Shown here: piece by piece, positions 16,551 through 26,973 of the stretch
Position numbering within the stretch: position 1 is the stretch's first letter
Layout of the letters: the number at the start of each line of letters is the position of its first letter
Source: a virus
Lineage: Duplodnaviria; Caudoviricetes
Direction: 5' to 3' (one strand)
Virus record (IMG/VR): IMGVR_UViG_3300012953_000117
Coordinates: 1-31,701 of that record
DNA length: 31,701 bases
Notes under the pieces: generated by a model
What the model was told of the DNA's origin: nothing
Seen by the model: the letters and a program-made list of their open reading frames with translations, nothing else
The model's database searches: none
Program-made: the position numbers and the translations under genes

Positions 16551-17685
16551 CCCAGTTCTTAAAGGCATAAGTAGACCACTGAGCATACCCATCATTACTA
16601 AGAGTAGGTTTAGATGGTCTTACACCTTTACCACCATATACCTCAGGGACTGAATCATTTCTATCATTAGATTTAGCAAAGTCAATATACTCATCAAAGC
16701 ACTTATCAGGTTCCCATGGTAACTCAGCAGCATGTTTCCAGAAAGGAGTATCATACTTAGAACCTTCCCTATAATGCCATAGTATAAAATCTTGACTACG
16801 TTTTATATAAGTTTTCATATCATCCTCTATCTTTAAAGCATTGTTCTCACCAGATAGGTAATGATTAAATATATTTCTAGCAAACTGTAAGTATCCTTGT
16901 GTAGATGATGCTTCCATTGGTTCTAAGAAATATAATCTATTACCATTTAAAAAGACCCTACCATCTACTATAGGATTCTTTGCAACGTAACTATTAAAAG
17001 TAACATGTTTAGTTACTTCAACATCAAACATTTCTAATAGATTCTTCTGTGCTTCTTCTTTAGAAGTTATCTTATCATTATACAAATACCCAACAGATCC
17101 ATCCCTAGCAGGTGACTTCTCTGAAGTTGGGATTATAAAAGTCCAACCATCTGGTGTTGCTACTGATCTAGTCCAATGTTGTGTTGAAGTATTAAAGAAA
17201 GGTCTAGCGAGAATACATGCATTAACAGCACTAGTTAAATTATCATAGTCACTTAAATCTTTCGGTGTACCTCTACAATCAAAGACATAGGTTGAATCAA
17301 CATCATATGGAGAGACATCATCTTCTACTACCTTAAACTGTCCTGACTTTAATATATGCTCTTGCATCTCCCAAGGACAGAAATGCATTGCCATATTGTT
17401 AGCAGGAAAATCATGAATGAATTTATTATTCTTCTTACCCCATCCTTCATATAATATCCCACTCTTAAAAGTAGCATGAATAGGATTATCATACCAATTA
17501 AAAGAAGTAGCAGACCAAAGCATTCTTGGAGGATCCAAGAGGGATGCTTGACCTACCACTTCAGGTGGTACATTTGGGTTGTAAATTAACTCTACCTCGT
17601 GCTCAGGATAATTCCTGAGGTACCATGCAAAGTGCAATGCTGTAAAGCAACCTGCTGTACCTGCACCTACTACGCTAATCTTCAT
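16531..17685 (-). CDS. Flavin-dependent (tryptophan) halogenase-like protein
   Basis: GAGTAG, ATFKSGI (catalytic Lys position), DCRG, GWTFIIP, FLEPMEASS, HY....YDTPFW. Confidence 0.88.
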   Translation of the reverse strand: MKISVVGAGTAGCFTALHFAWYLRNYPEHEVELIYNPNVPPEVVGQASLLDPPRMLWSATSFNWYDNPIHATFKSGILYEGWGKKNNKFIHDFPANNMAMHFCPWEMQEHILKSGQFKVVEDDVSPYDVDSTYVFDCRGTPKDLSDYDNLTSAVNACILARPFFNTSTQHWTRSVATPDGWTFIIPTSEKSPARDGSVGYLYNDKITSKEEAQKNLLEMFDVEVTKHVTFNSYVAKNPIVDGRVFLNGNRLYFLEPMEASSTQGYLQFARNIFNHYLSGENNALKIEDDMKTYIKRSQDFILWHYREGSKYDTPFWKHAAELPWEPDKCFDEYIDFAKSNDRNDSVPEVYGGKGVRPSKPTLSNDGYAQWSTYAFKNWVDNTHK

Positions 17686-17941
17686 CTAAATCTTTTAATC
17701 GTGGTTCTACCCAATGATCTGAATTGTCTATACCAGCAGCATTAACATACCTCATGATATGTTCGTCTATCTGACGGTAAATTGGATGTAGATCCAAGTC
17801 CATGTTAATGTCATGTGCTATCTGTGTCACTTGTGATTCAGTGAAACAGTGATCAGGATGTAATAAGTCACAGCATGGAACCCTCTTCTCTATCAACTCA
17901 TTTAAATTGATTCTGATTTCATAATCTCTGTATACAGGCAT
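17675..17941 (-). CDS. Hypothetical protein (88 aa)
   Basis: In operon; Cys/His-rich segment PCCDLLHPDHC. Confidence 0.7.
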   Translation of the reverse strand: MPVYRDYEIRINLNELIEKRVPCCDLLHPDHCFTESQVTQIAHDINMDLDLHPIYRQIDEHIMRYVNAAGIDNSDHWVEPRLKDLDED

Positions 17942-17947
17942 AACTAA

Positions 17948-18148
17948 TTACCAAGAATGATTGTGGTTTTCAACATCAACATGAGAATCGGATTCCAATT
18001 TCACACGGTGAACCGTTTTCTTTTCGACAGTGATATGATACCACTTGTCCATTCGTAGTTTTATATAGTATAAACCAACTATCCAAAGTGAAAAAAAGAA
18101 TCCCTCAACGTTACCCATTGAGTTCCAAGCATTTGTAAGATCATTCAT
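17948..18148 (-). CDS. Small membrane protein
   Basis: One hydrophobic segment; in operon. Confidence 0.65.
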   Translation of the reverse strand: MNDLTNAWNSMGNVEGFFFSLWIVGLYYIKLRMDKWYHITVEKKTVHRVKLESDSHVDVENHNHSW

Positions 18149-18150
18149 AA

Positions 18151-18444
18151 TTATAAAATAAGTTTCCTTTTAGGTGGGATTGCAACAGGAGCAAACTCTG
18201 AATTATATTGCTCAATAATAGCATCTTGTGTATCTGCAATATACACAACATATTTCGTAGTTACATCTACTTGGGTTTCACTGTCTTTAAGGATAGGTGA
18301 CCAAGGAGCAAATGCTATTTGACCTTGTTGTTGAGATGGAACTGCTACAATCGGATTAGCAATTGTAATAAATTCATCTGTTACTTTAACAAGGTCTGCT
18401 ACTACATCTTCACCAGACCACATTCTAATTAGTTTTACATTCAT
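18151..18444 (-). CDS. Sm-like domain protein
   Basis: VKLIRMWSGEDVVAD...IANPIV...FAPWSP...KYVVYIAD....IEQY. Confidence 0.8.
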   Translation of the reverse strand: MNVKLIRMWSGEDVVADLVKVTDEFITIANPIVAVPSQQQGQIAFAPWSPILKDSETQVDVTTKYVVYIADTQDAIIEQYNSEFAPVAIPPKRKLIL

Positions 18445-19382
18445 TTGAATTCACACTCCACCATAATTTCGGTTAATGCTGCTAAGAGATTTATTTCTTG
18501 ATCAGCAACGAATGCTGACTGGTATTGATACTTAGCAATAATCAATACTGCTTGTGGGATAGTTGCAGGTTCTAGGTAACTATACAAACTATCATATATT
18601 GATCTGAATATATGAGATGGTTCATTATCCAAATTAGAAGAGACCCACTTCTTTACAGTAGTGAACTCTTTATTCTTAAGTGAACTAGTTAACTGACTGA
18701 ACTTAACCTCACTTAAACTTGATAATATACCACTGTCTATTACACCACCTATAGCATAACGTTGACACTCATTAAGTGTTCTCCTCCAGTCAGGGAAGAA
18801 CTTAAGTATCAGTTGTGGTAGAACCTTCTCATCATATTCAATGCCCTCATTGGTAAGGATAAACTTAAGACGTTCAAAGAATTTACCTGCTACAAATTTC
18901 TTTTGAGTAGCAGGTATTGCAAAATCAATTACAGCACACCTCGAATGAAGTGGTTCAAGAATCTTGTTCTTATAGTTACATGTAAAAATGAATCTACAAT
19001 TACCATGGAACTTCTCAATGTTCGCCCTTAATGCAAGTTGAACATCTGTACCTGTGTTGTCTGCCTCATCAACAATAACAACTTTATGATTAGAATCAGA
19101 AGAAAGAGATACAGTAGAAGCAAAGTTAGAAACCTTATTCCTTACTGTATCAATAAATCTTCCTTCATCTGATCCGTTGATCATAATATAATCAACGTTT
19201 AACTCTTCACATAATGCTCTGGCAACAGTTGTCTTACCAATACCAGCAGTACCATGTAAAAGCATATTAGATACCTCACCTGTCTTTAGAAAATCGTTAA
19301 ACGTTTTCTTTATATCCTCAGGTAAGATACAATCTTCAATTTTCTTTGGTCGATATTTTTCGACCCAAACAAAGTCAGTCAT
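18441..19382 (-). CDS. gp44: Clamp loader ATPase subunit gp44
   Basis: WVEKYRP, GTAGIGKT, DEAD, SRC. Confidence 0.97.
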   Translation of the reverse strand: MTDFVWVEKYRPKKIEDCILPEDIKKTFNDFLKTGEVSNMLLHGTAGIGKTTVARALCEELNVDYIMINGSDEGRFIDTVRNKVSNFASTVSLSSDSNHKVVIVDEADNTGTDVQLALRANIEKFHGNCRFIFTCNYKNKILEPLHSRCAVIDFAIPATQKKFVAGKFFERLKFILTNEGIEYDEKVLPQLILKFFPDWRRTLNECQRYAIGGVIDSGILSSLSEVKFSQLTSSLKNKEFTTVKKWVSSNLDNEPSHIFRSIYDSLYSYLEPATIPQAVLIIAKYQYQSAFVADQEINLLAALTEIMVECEFK

Positions 19383-19542
19383 TCCAATGACGGATCACTC
19401 CGCTAATAATAAAACAATTAGTAATGAGATAAGTAAAAAAGATGAAAGATCGAACAAGCAGTATAAGATTATCATACCTCTTGGTCTTCTCATCAGAGAA
19501 CGAACCCAATGCATACTTCCATACCCTCCACAGTTTGGTCAT
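19375..19542 (-). CDS. Small membrane protein (55 aa)
   Basis: Own translation MTKLWRVWKYALGSFSDEKTKRYDNLILLVRSFIFFTYLITNCFIISGVIRHWND; overlaps both neighbours. Confidence 0.75.
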   Translation of the reverse strand: MTKLWRVWKYALGSFSDEKTKRYDNLILLVRSFIFFTYLITNCFIISGVIRHWND

Positions 19543-19613
19543 CTCTTACTGAATACTCCTAATCTAATAAGAGCATACATGATAATAGTCGTCCAAAATA
19601 TTATATACCACAT
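19539..19613 (-). CDS. Membrane micropeptide (24 aa)
   Basis: MWYIIFWTTIIMYALIRLGVFSKR; begins 1 nt after the gp45 stop, ATGA overlap with the next ORF. Confidence 0.6.
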   Translation of the reverse strand: MWYIIFWTTIIMYALIRLGVFSKR

Positions 19614-19614
19614 A

Positions 19615-20277
19615 CTAACCAAATGTTGAATCAGGTTCTAGTGCTATGTAATATTCCAACGTCAAACCATTATTAGTAAAACGAGCAACCCTTTGACTAA
19701 CTTCAACATTATAAGTACCAGGTATTATCCTAATGTTTTCTATTTTAAAATTAAATTTAAAAGGAACTTCGGATTCACCTACCTGATATAATACTGAGTT
19801 AGAAGTATCATTGTCCTTATCCTTTACTACTAAAGAAACTTCACCACCTTCAGATTCTAAACATAGATCTGGTAAGTCATACACACGAGCACCTTTAAGC
19901 AACGATGTAAGTGTCTCATCAGTAAGTTGAAAACTAAACTGATGCTCTGGTAATTGTATGTCCTTCTCTGGTGGTTTGGCAATCACATCAGGGTCAGCAA
20001 AGAAATACTTAACCTTAGATCTACCATTCTTAATAAGCATATATGATGCATTATCGAAATCCAAAGTAGGATCATTGAATAATGACATACCACCTAAAAA
20101 TTGTGATAGATCATATATGGCAAAAGGTATAGGAAAGTCCTCTGTTATCTCTGCCTTAGCAAAGATGTTATTAGTTACAGAAATTGTACTAAGAGAGTTC
20201 CCACCTTTAAAATAAATTGAATTGTTTATCCCACAAAAGTTCTTGAGGATTTCTTTTGTTTCTTCAGAAAGTTTCAT
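19615..20277 (-). CDS. gp45: Sliding clamp gp45
   Basis: MKLSEET..ILKNF..IN.SI, FAIYDLSQFL, YYIALEPDS. Confidence 0.96.
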   Translation of the reverse strand: MKLSEETKEILKNFCGINNSIYFKGGNSLSTISVTNNIFAKAEITEDFPIPFAIYDLSQFLGGMSLFNDPTLDFDNASYMLIKNGRSKVKYFFADPDVIAKPPEKDIQLPEHQFSFQLTDETLTSLLKGARVYDLPDLCLESEGGEVSLVVKDKDNDTSNSVLYQVGESEVPFKFNFKIENIRIIPGTYNVEVSQRVARFTNNGLTLEYYIALEPDSTFG

Positions 20278-20279
20278 AA

Positions 20280-21439
<1,160 letters not shown>

Positions 21440-21443
<4 letters not shown>

Positions 21444-22558
21444 GAGTTTAACTCCTGTAGTAATTCTGCATCAGATTGATATGCATCGTCCTCTGCTTTA
21501 TCAAAATCAACGTCAGCATCCACTTTATCATATAATTCCATGAATGACTGTTTTGTTTCCTCATCGAAACGATTCACACATACCTCAATTGCCTTTGCCT
21601 TATCCTTAAAGATCTTAAAAGCATTTGCTATATGAACCAAACGACGTGTGCTGATTAGTTCATCAATACCACCATCGTAAAATGTTTTACGAATAATGTC
21701 TGCCCAATCAACCAATCTCTTACAGAAATCAGGATCTTCTAAACCAGATCTCTGAAGGATCTTAGTTTCTATTGCTGTAGAGGGGTACTCTTGCTCAAAG
21801 GTAACTGGGAATCGTTCGAGGAATGCTTCGTTGAGCACATTGGTTCCAATGAATCTTCCATCGTCGGATCCTTTACCCTTTGTGTTTGCAGTGGCGATGA
21901 CGTTAAATCCTGATTTTGGTTTAACAAACTTTCCAATCTTTTTAAGGAAGACACCATTTCCCTCAAGGATACTCTGAAGGCAGAGGACTTTGTTTGAGGC
22001 AAGGTCGATTTCGTCGAGGAGCAAGATTGCACCTCGTTCGAGTGCTTCAATAACGGGTCCGTTATGCCATACTGTGGCACCATTAACAAGACGGAAACCC
22101 CCAATAAGATCATCTTCATCAGTTTCAATAGTAATGTTTACACGAATGATTTCTCTCTTAAGTGTAGCACATGCTTGCTCTACTGAAAAGGTCTTACCAT
22201 TTCCTGAGAGACCTGTAATGAATGTGGGGTAGAAAATACCTGACTGGATAATCTTCTTAAGATCCTTAAAGTTACCAAATGGTACATAAGAATCTGATAC
22301 CTCAGGGATAAGATTTCTTTCTGCTTGGACAACAGTTTTCTCAAGTTGCTTTCTTGCTTCTGCAACTGTGAGTTGCCATTGACCTCTAGTTACCTTTTTA
22401 AACTCAGGGATCTTTTTAACCCTTTTTGCAATGCTCTGAAGTTGAACATTGAAATGTTGAGCAGCATTCTTAAACTGATTGCTACTGATTTCAGTGCCAA
22501 AGTTCTCTTTGAAATAAGAGATCAAATCACTGTTGGAAAATGTTGGTTGGAATGGCAT
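21440..22558 (-). CDS. cobS: CobS/MoxR-like AAA+ ATPase
   Basis: GLSGNGKT, LLDEID, TANTKGKGS, NEAFLERF, STRRL; ATG at 22558 has an AAGGA SD and lies downstream of the -10. Confidence 0.92.
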
Positions 22559-22574
22559 GATTGTTTCCTTTAAT

Positions 22575-22627
22575 ATGAATTCATTATAATAGAGCATAGG
22601 GGAATAGGGAACCCCCTATGTGACACT
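22575..22627 (-). promoter_or_regulatory. Early-type promoter with -10 TATAAT and upstream inverted repeat
   Basis: GTGTCA-CATAGGGG-N10-CCCCTATG...TATTATAATGAATTCAT. Confidence 0.7.
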
Positions 22628-22630
22628 TTA

Positions 22631-24832
22631 TCAAGCGACCATCTCTATAAATGATGAGAGTACTTTCTTATTACTTGATTTTGTCTTTAAATTCTTCTTA
22701 AATGCAGATCGTATCTGTGCTTTAGTAGCATCCTCCTTAACTTCAAACTCACAATCCTGTTTCATAGTAGTTGCAGCAATACCATAGATTACACTGTAAC
22801 CTGTTGTTTTCATTATGCATGACTTATTCTTACTCCATGATTTCTTAGACCTATCATCATACTCTTGGTTCTCACTATAGGTATAATGGAAATTAGATAC
22901 ATCTCTACTTTCTAGAAGACGAATTCCTATTATATTAACATTAGGGAAATTATCTGTAAGATTCTCTAGTAATGTTTTTGTTACACTATTCTTCCAATCC
23001 CAATCAGTAGCAGGTGCATATACCCTACCAACTTTCTTATCACGTAACTGACAATTCCTATGTAAACCACTTCTTCCCCAGTACCATGAATCTTCATAGT
23101 GTCTATGTGTTTTCTTAAGACGAGAAATCTGACATGATTCACCATCAGTCAATAGTACACAATTAACTTTAGATACTTTATTCTTATTAAAGAATTCAGG
23201 AATTATATTACGTAGAGCAACTATAGTTTCATTAAGAGGTGTACCAGATAAACTTAATCCGTATGGAACAAACTCTTGATAACCATGACCTTGTAGTACT
23301 GATGAAATCTTATAGAGGGTAGAACAATCTTGATCAAACTCTCTAGCATTTCTAGTAGATGATAAGAAATTAAGTAGACGGAAGTTTGGATTTAAGTAAA
23401 GAGTGTCCTCTTTCATTTCCTGAACTTCTTGAAGTCCACTCATAGTATCTTTATTCTCATACCTCCATTCTGCTGGACACTCATAAGTAAATCCATAAAC
23501 TTCAAATGGTATATTAACTTTCTTACAGAACCAAACTAGATTTAATAATTGCTTTACTGTATCGTTTATGACGTTATGCATTGATCCAGACCAATCTAAT
23601 ATAAAGATTAGTCCATGGTTCTTACCCTCAGGTAAAACAGTTATCTTCTTGAAAAGATCCTCGTTGAATTGATATGTATGGAGTTTCTTAGTGTCGAGTA
23701 CTCCAGTCCTAGAAGTAGCAGAACGAGAATAAGCATCTGCAGATTTTCTACATTCAAATTCTTTAACAAGATAGTTTACTCCTTTATTAGATTCTTTCTT
23801 ATATTGTAGATACTCTTTCTGCATTTCTTCATTATAGCTACGATATGTAACTTTTCTATCGTACTCATAATAACTTCTCATCTGATCATCTGCTGCATCG
23901 TTCCAAAACTTATTGATATAATCATTAAGTCCTTCACATGGAACAACAATCCTATCAAGATGTACCTTTGGAAACTCTATGTAAGTTGTTTCTTGAGCAC
24001 CGTTATCAATTAATTGTTTTTGATTGTAGTCAAATGCTTCTTGTGTTTCAGATTTAAATTCATCTGATGCACTTTCACCACCACCATCTACTATATCTTC
24101 TGTCTCTTCTTGCTCTTCTTCCTTTTCCTTTTCATCTTTAATGTCGCCTGTAGTGCCCTCAGGATCGCCTGTAACGGTCTCGTTATCATCCTCACCATCT
24201 TCTGGTTCAACTGAATCCATATTTCCACTATTTAAATCTTCATGTGAACCAGTGTTTGGTATGTTGATATCCAAGTTCATGTCTTGGTTTTCCTTAAGAT
24301 GCTCACATACTTCCCAAGATAATTCTAAAACTTCCTCAAATGTTTCTACGTTCTTTACCTTGTCAACTATTGCTTGCTCCTTCTCATTGAATTCAATTAT
24401 TTCAAATGCACCAAGTTTAAAGTAAAGGTTAATACGATCTATAAAACTAACCTCACTAAGATCTCTAGTTTGAATTTCAAAGAAATCTTTCACATGTAAT
24501 TCTTTATATCCTTTATAGAAACTCTTAGATAAACCTGCATACCTACGCTTCATTAATTTCTCAATCCTTGCATCCTCTACAACATTCACAAAATCAGGTG
24601 GAACATTCTTGTACTTATCTTTCTTCCACTCTTCTGTTGGTGTGTATAGTGCATGACCAACCTCATGACCAACAAGCATATCATATACATTGTCAGATGC
24701 ATTCCACATTGGTAGAGTCAACACTCTACTCTCTACATTAAAACATGCAGTAGGCACTTGCTTGTGCTCCACTATAAGATTCTCAGTGGCAAGCAATTTA
24801 GCAAGATTGTCTTTGACCTCAAAGTTTTTCAT
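22631..24832 (-). CDS. Metallopeptidase-vWA (CobT-like) protein
   Basis: HEVGH and NVVEDARIE; acidic linker; MIDAS DWSGS, GTPL, LTDGE. Confidence 0.88.
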   Translation of the reverse strand: MKNFEVKDNLAKLLATENLIVEHKQVPTACFNVESRVLTLPMWNASDNVYDMLVGHEVGHALYTPTEEWKKDKYKNVPPDFVNVVEDARIEKLMKRRYAGLSKSFYKGYKELHVKDFFEIQTRDLSEVSFIDRINLYFKLGAFEIIEFNEKEQAIVDKVKNVETFEEVLELSWEVCEHLKENQDMNLDINIPNTGSHEDLNSGNMDSVEPEDGEDDNETVTGDPEGTTGDIKDEKEKEEEQEETEDIVDGGGESASDEFKSETQEAFDYNQKQLIDNGAQETTYIEFPKVHLDRIVVPCEGLNDYINKFWNDAADDQMRSYYEYDRKVTYRSYNEEMQKEYLQYKKESNKGVNYLVKEFECRKSADAYSRSATSRTGVLDTKKLHTYQFNEDLFKKITVLPEGKNHGLIFILDWSGSMHNVINDTVKQLLNLVWFCKKVNIPFEVYGFTYECPAEWRYENKDTMSGLQEVQEMKEDTLYLNPNFRLLNFLSSTRNAREFDQDCSTLYKISSVLQGHGYQEFVPYGLSLSGTPLNETIVALRNIIPEFFNKNKVSKVNCVLLTDGESCQISRLKKTHRHYEDSWYWGRSGLHRNCQLRDKKVGRVYAPATDWDWKNSVTKTLLENLTDNFPNVNIIGIRLLESRDVSNFHYTYSENQEYDDRSKKSWSKNKSCIMKTTGYSVIYGIAATTMKQDCEFEVKEDATKAQIRSAFKKNLKTKSSNKKVLSSFIEMVA

Positions 24833-25005
24833 GAGTGTTCCTGTAACATGAATTCATTATAATAAGAAACCCTCCGCTTGGGAGGGTTAAGTAGACGGTT
24901 TATTAACTGTCCACGTCGTTTTTTAGCAGCACGTAATGCTTGCGGCTTCAAGGTACGCTTTTGCTGCTTCTTAGAGTGATGTTGCCAGTTCGGAAGTTGT
25001 GCCAT
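24829..25005 (-). CDS. Small basic protein (58 aa)
   Basis: MAQLPNWQHHSKKQQKRTLKPQALRAAKKRRGQL...; ATGA overlap with the downstream gene; C-terminal half overlies the promoter. Confidence 0.65.
   Translation of the reverse strand: MAQLPNWQHHSKKQQKRTLKPQALRAAKKRRGQLINRLLNPPKRRVSYYNEFMLQEHS
24848..24914 (-). promoter_or_regulatory. Early-type promoter with two inverted repeats
   Basis: GTGGACAGTT-AAT-AAACCGTCTAC; AACCCTCC-CAAGC-GGAGGGTT; TATTATAATGAATTCAT. Confidence 0.7.
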
Positions 25006-26722
25006 CGTACTGTTTGGGTTTGGAAAAGTTCTTTACCTTCTTGAACTCTATCACATTATCAAACTTATCGACAATCTGTTCACCCTTATGTGAGATAACA
25101 AAAACATTGTTACCATCTGTGATATTGTAGAGGATCTTCATGAAGTCCATAGTACCATTGGTATCTAAGGAACTATCGAAGATCTCATCAAGGATAAGAA
25201 TATTCGTATTAACTGAATTCTTTAGCTTAGCAATCTCTCTCCATGTAAAGAGTAGTGCTAAATCAATTCTCATTTTCTCACCTTCAGAGAAGGAAGCATA
25301 ACAAAACTCATCCCTAAACCTTGATTTGATTGTCTCATTAAACATTTCATCAAGGTTAAAGTTCACGTAGAACTCTAACTTCTGAAGGTATTTATTGATA
25401 AGATCATTCATTACAGGTAAGTACTTCTTAATGATAGATGACTTAACTCCTCCATCCTTAAGGAATTCTCCTACCATCTTAAGGTCTGCTTGTTTTATAA
25501 TGACATCATTTCTTTGAATCTCCTTCTCTCTTCCCTGATCAATGATCTTCCTCAACTTATCTTTCTCTGCTTCTAGAGAGTCATCATTATTTTCTATAGA
25601 TTTAATTTCAGTTTCAATCTCCTTTATCTTATTGTTCTTCCAGTTTATATCATTAAGAGTTTGTTTAATCTTAACTTGAGAATCTTTAATTAAGTTTTGA
25701 ATATCAATACGACTACTCATATCCTTATCAAGGTTCTCTTGTTCAGATGTTATCTGTGTAAGTGCTTCATCTAATTTATTAAGTTTAGATTCATCACTAT
25801 TAACCATATCATCACGAAGATCAGATCCTATAACTTGATGACAAGTAGGACATGACTTATTACTATTAAAGAATTTGATTTCTTTATTAAGATCCTTTAC
25901 CTTACTTTTAAATGTTACTTTAAAATCTCTCAACTTTTGTAACCTATCAGAAGGATCTTCAGTATCTTCTAACTCAACTCCTAAACTATCAACCTCTCTC
26001 ATATCAATTTCAACTTCATCATGACATCTTTTGATCTCAGTTTTTAAATTATCAATAGAATCATTCCAATGAGATACATTACTTTCACTCTGTTTCTTTA
26101 AATCATCTATCAATGTCCTTTGAACCATAACCTTATCCTTCAATAAAGACATAGCATTTTCTACATCAAACACTTCTTCCTTATTAACTTTAATCCTTTC
26201 CTTTAATATAAGATTCATTGTAGAGAATATTCTTATATCAAGTATGTCCTCAATAACATCTCGTCTACCTGGTGCAGACAACTGCATGAAAGGAACAAAG
26301 GTACTTGAACCAAGTACTACTATTTGAGTAAACGATTTATAATTCATCTTAAGAACGTTCTGCTCTAACCATTTCTGTTGGTCATTAGATGCAGATGCCT
26401 GATCTAAAAGAGTACCATCCTTATAGATCTCAAATATATTAGGTTTTATACCTCTTACTATCTTCCATGTTATCTTACCAATTATAAACTCCAACTCTAC
26501 ACGACAATCACTACAGTTAATAGTATTGACTAACTGACTCTTATTAACTTTACGAAATGGTTTACTGAATAATGAAAAGCACAATGCATCTAAGATAGTT
26601 GACTTACCAGCACCATTCTCTCCAACGATCAATGTTCTTTCATGACCATTTAGATTTACTTCAGTAAAATTGTTTCCTGTACTCAGGAGATTTTTCCATT
26701 TTATAGTTTTAAATTCAATCAT
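24971..26722 (-). CDS. gp46: Recombination endonuclease ATPase subunit gp46 (Rad50/SbcC-like)
   Basis: GENGAGKST, CPTC zinc hook, FSEGE, LDEIFD, ISH. Confidence 0.97.
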   Translation of the reverse strand: MIEFKTIKWKNLLSTGNNFTEVNLNGHERTLIVGENGAGKSTILDALCFSLFSKPFRKVNKSQLVNTINCSDCRVELEFIIGKITWKIVRGIKPNIFEIYKDGTLLDQASASNDQQKWLEQNVLKMNYKSFTQIVVLGSSTFVPFMQLSAPGRRDVIEDILDIRIFSTMNLILKERIKVNKEEVFDVENAMSLLKDKVMVQRTLIDDLKKQSESNVSHWNDSIDNLKTEIKRCHDEVEIDMREVDSLGVELEDTEDPSDRLQKLRDFKVTFKSKVKDLNKEIKFFNSNKSCPTCHQVIGSDLRDDMVNSDESKLNKLDEALTQITSEQENLDKDMSSRIDIQNLIKDSQVKIKQTLNDINWKNNKIKEIETEIKSIENNDDSLEAEKDKLRKIIDQGREKEIQRNDVIIKQADLKMVGEFLKDGGVKSSIIKKYLPVMNDLINKYLQKLEFYVNFNLDEMFNETIKSRFRDEFCYASFSEGEKMRIDLALLFTWREIAKLKNSVNTNILILDEIFDSSLDTNGTMDFMKILYNITDGNNVFVISHKGEQIVDKFDNVIEFKKVKNFSKPKQYDGTTSELATSL

Positions 26723-26973
26723 ACCTTAGGTGGAATAACAATGTCATCGGGGGTAACTATACAGTATGTGTAACCATTTTCTTCACATATGTTTATAGCA
26801 ATATCATCTTCGACTTCTATAATTTTCATATCAGGATAATCATCTGCCTTTAACAATTCAGAATGTCGTTCAGCATCTTCCTCTTCAACAAAAAGATACA
26901 GCACATTATTCTCCCCAACGTTGGGAGCATATGCACCTTCATCTTCCTTTCCTTTAACTGTAAGAATAAACAT
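26719..26973 (-). CDS. Acidic hypothetical protein between gp47 and gp46
   Basis: Overlaps both neighbours. Confidence 0.8.
   Translation of the reverse strand: MFILTVKGKEDEGAYAPNVGENNVLYLFVEEEDAERHSELLKADDYPDMKIIEVEDDIAINICEENGYTYCIVTPDDIVIPPKV

Noticed and set aside
19387-19629. 80-aa plus-strand ORF in the gp45-gp44 gap
   Set aside because: The gap is better explained by two coupled minus-strand membrane ORFs
21780-22110. Apparently GC-richer patches within cobS (also parts of gp41 and uvsW) suggesting recombination mosaics
   Set aside because: Visual impression only; needs GC3 and recombination analysis with related genomes
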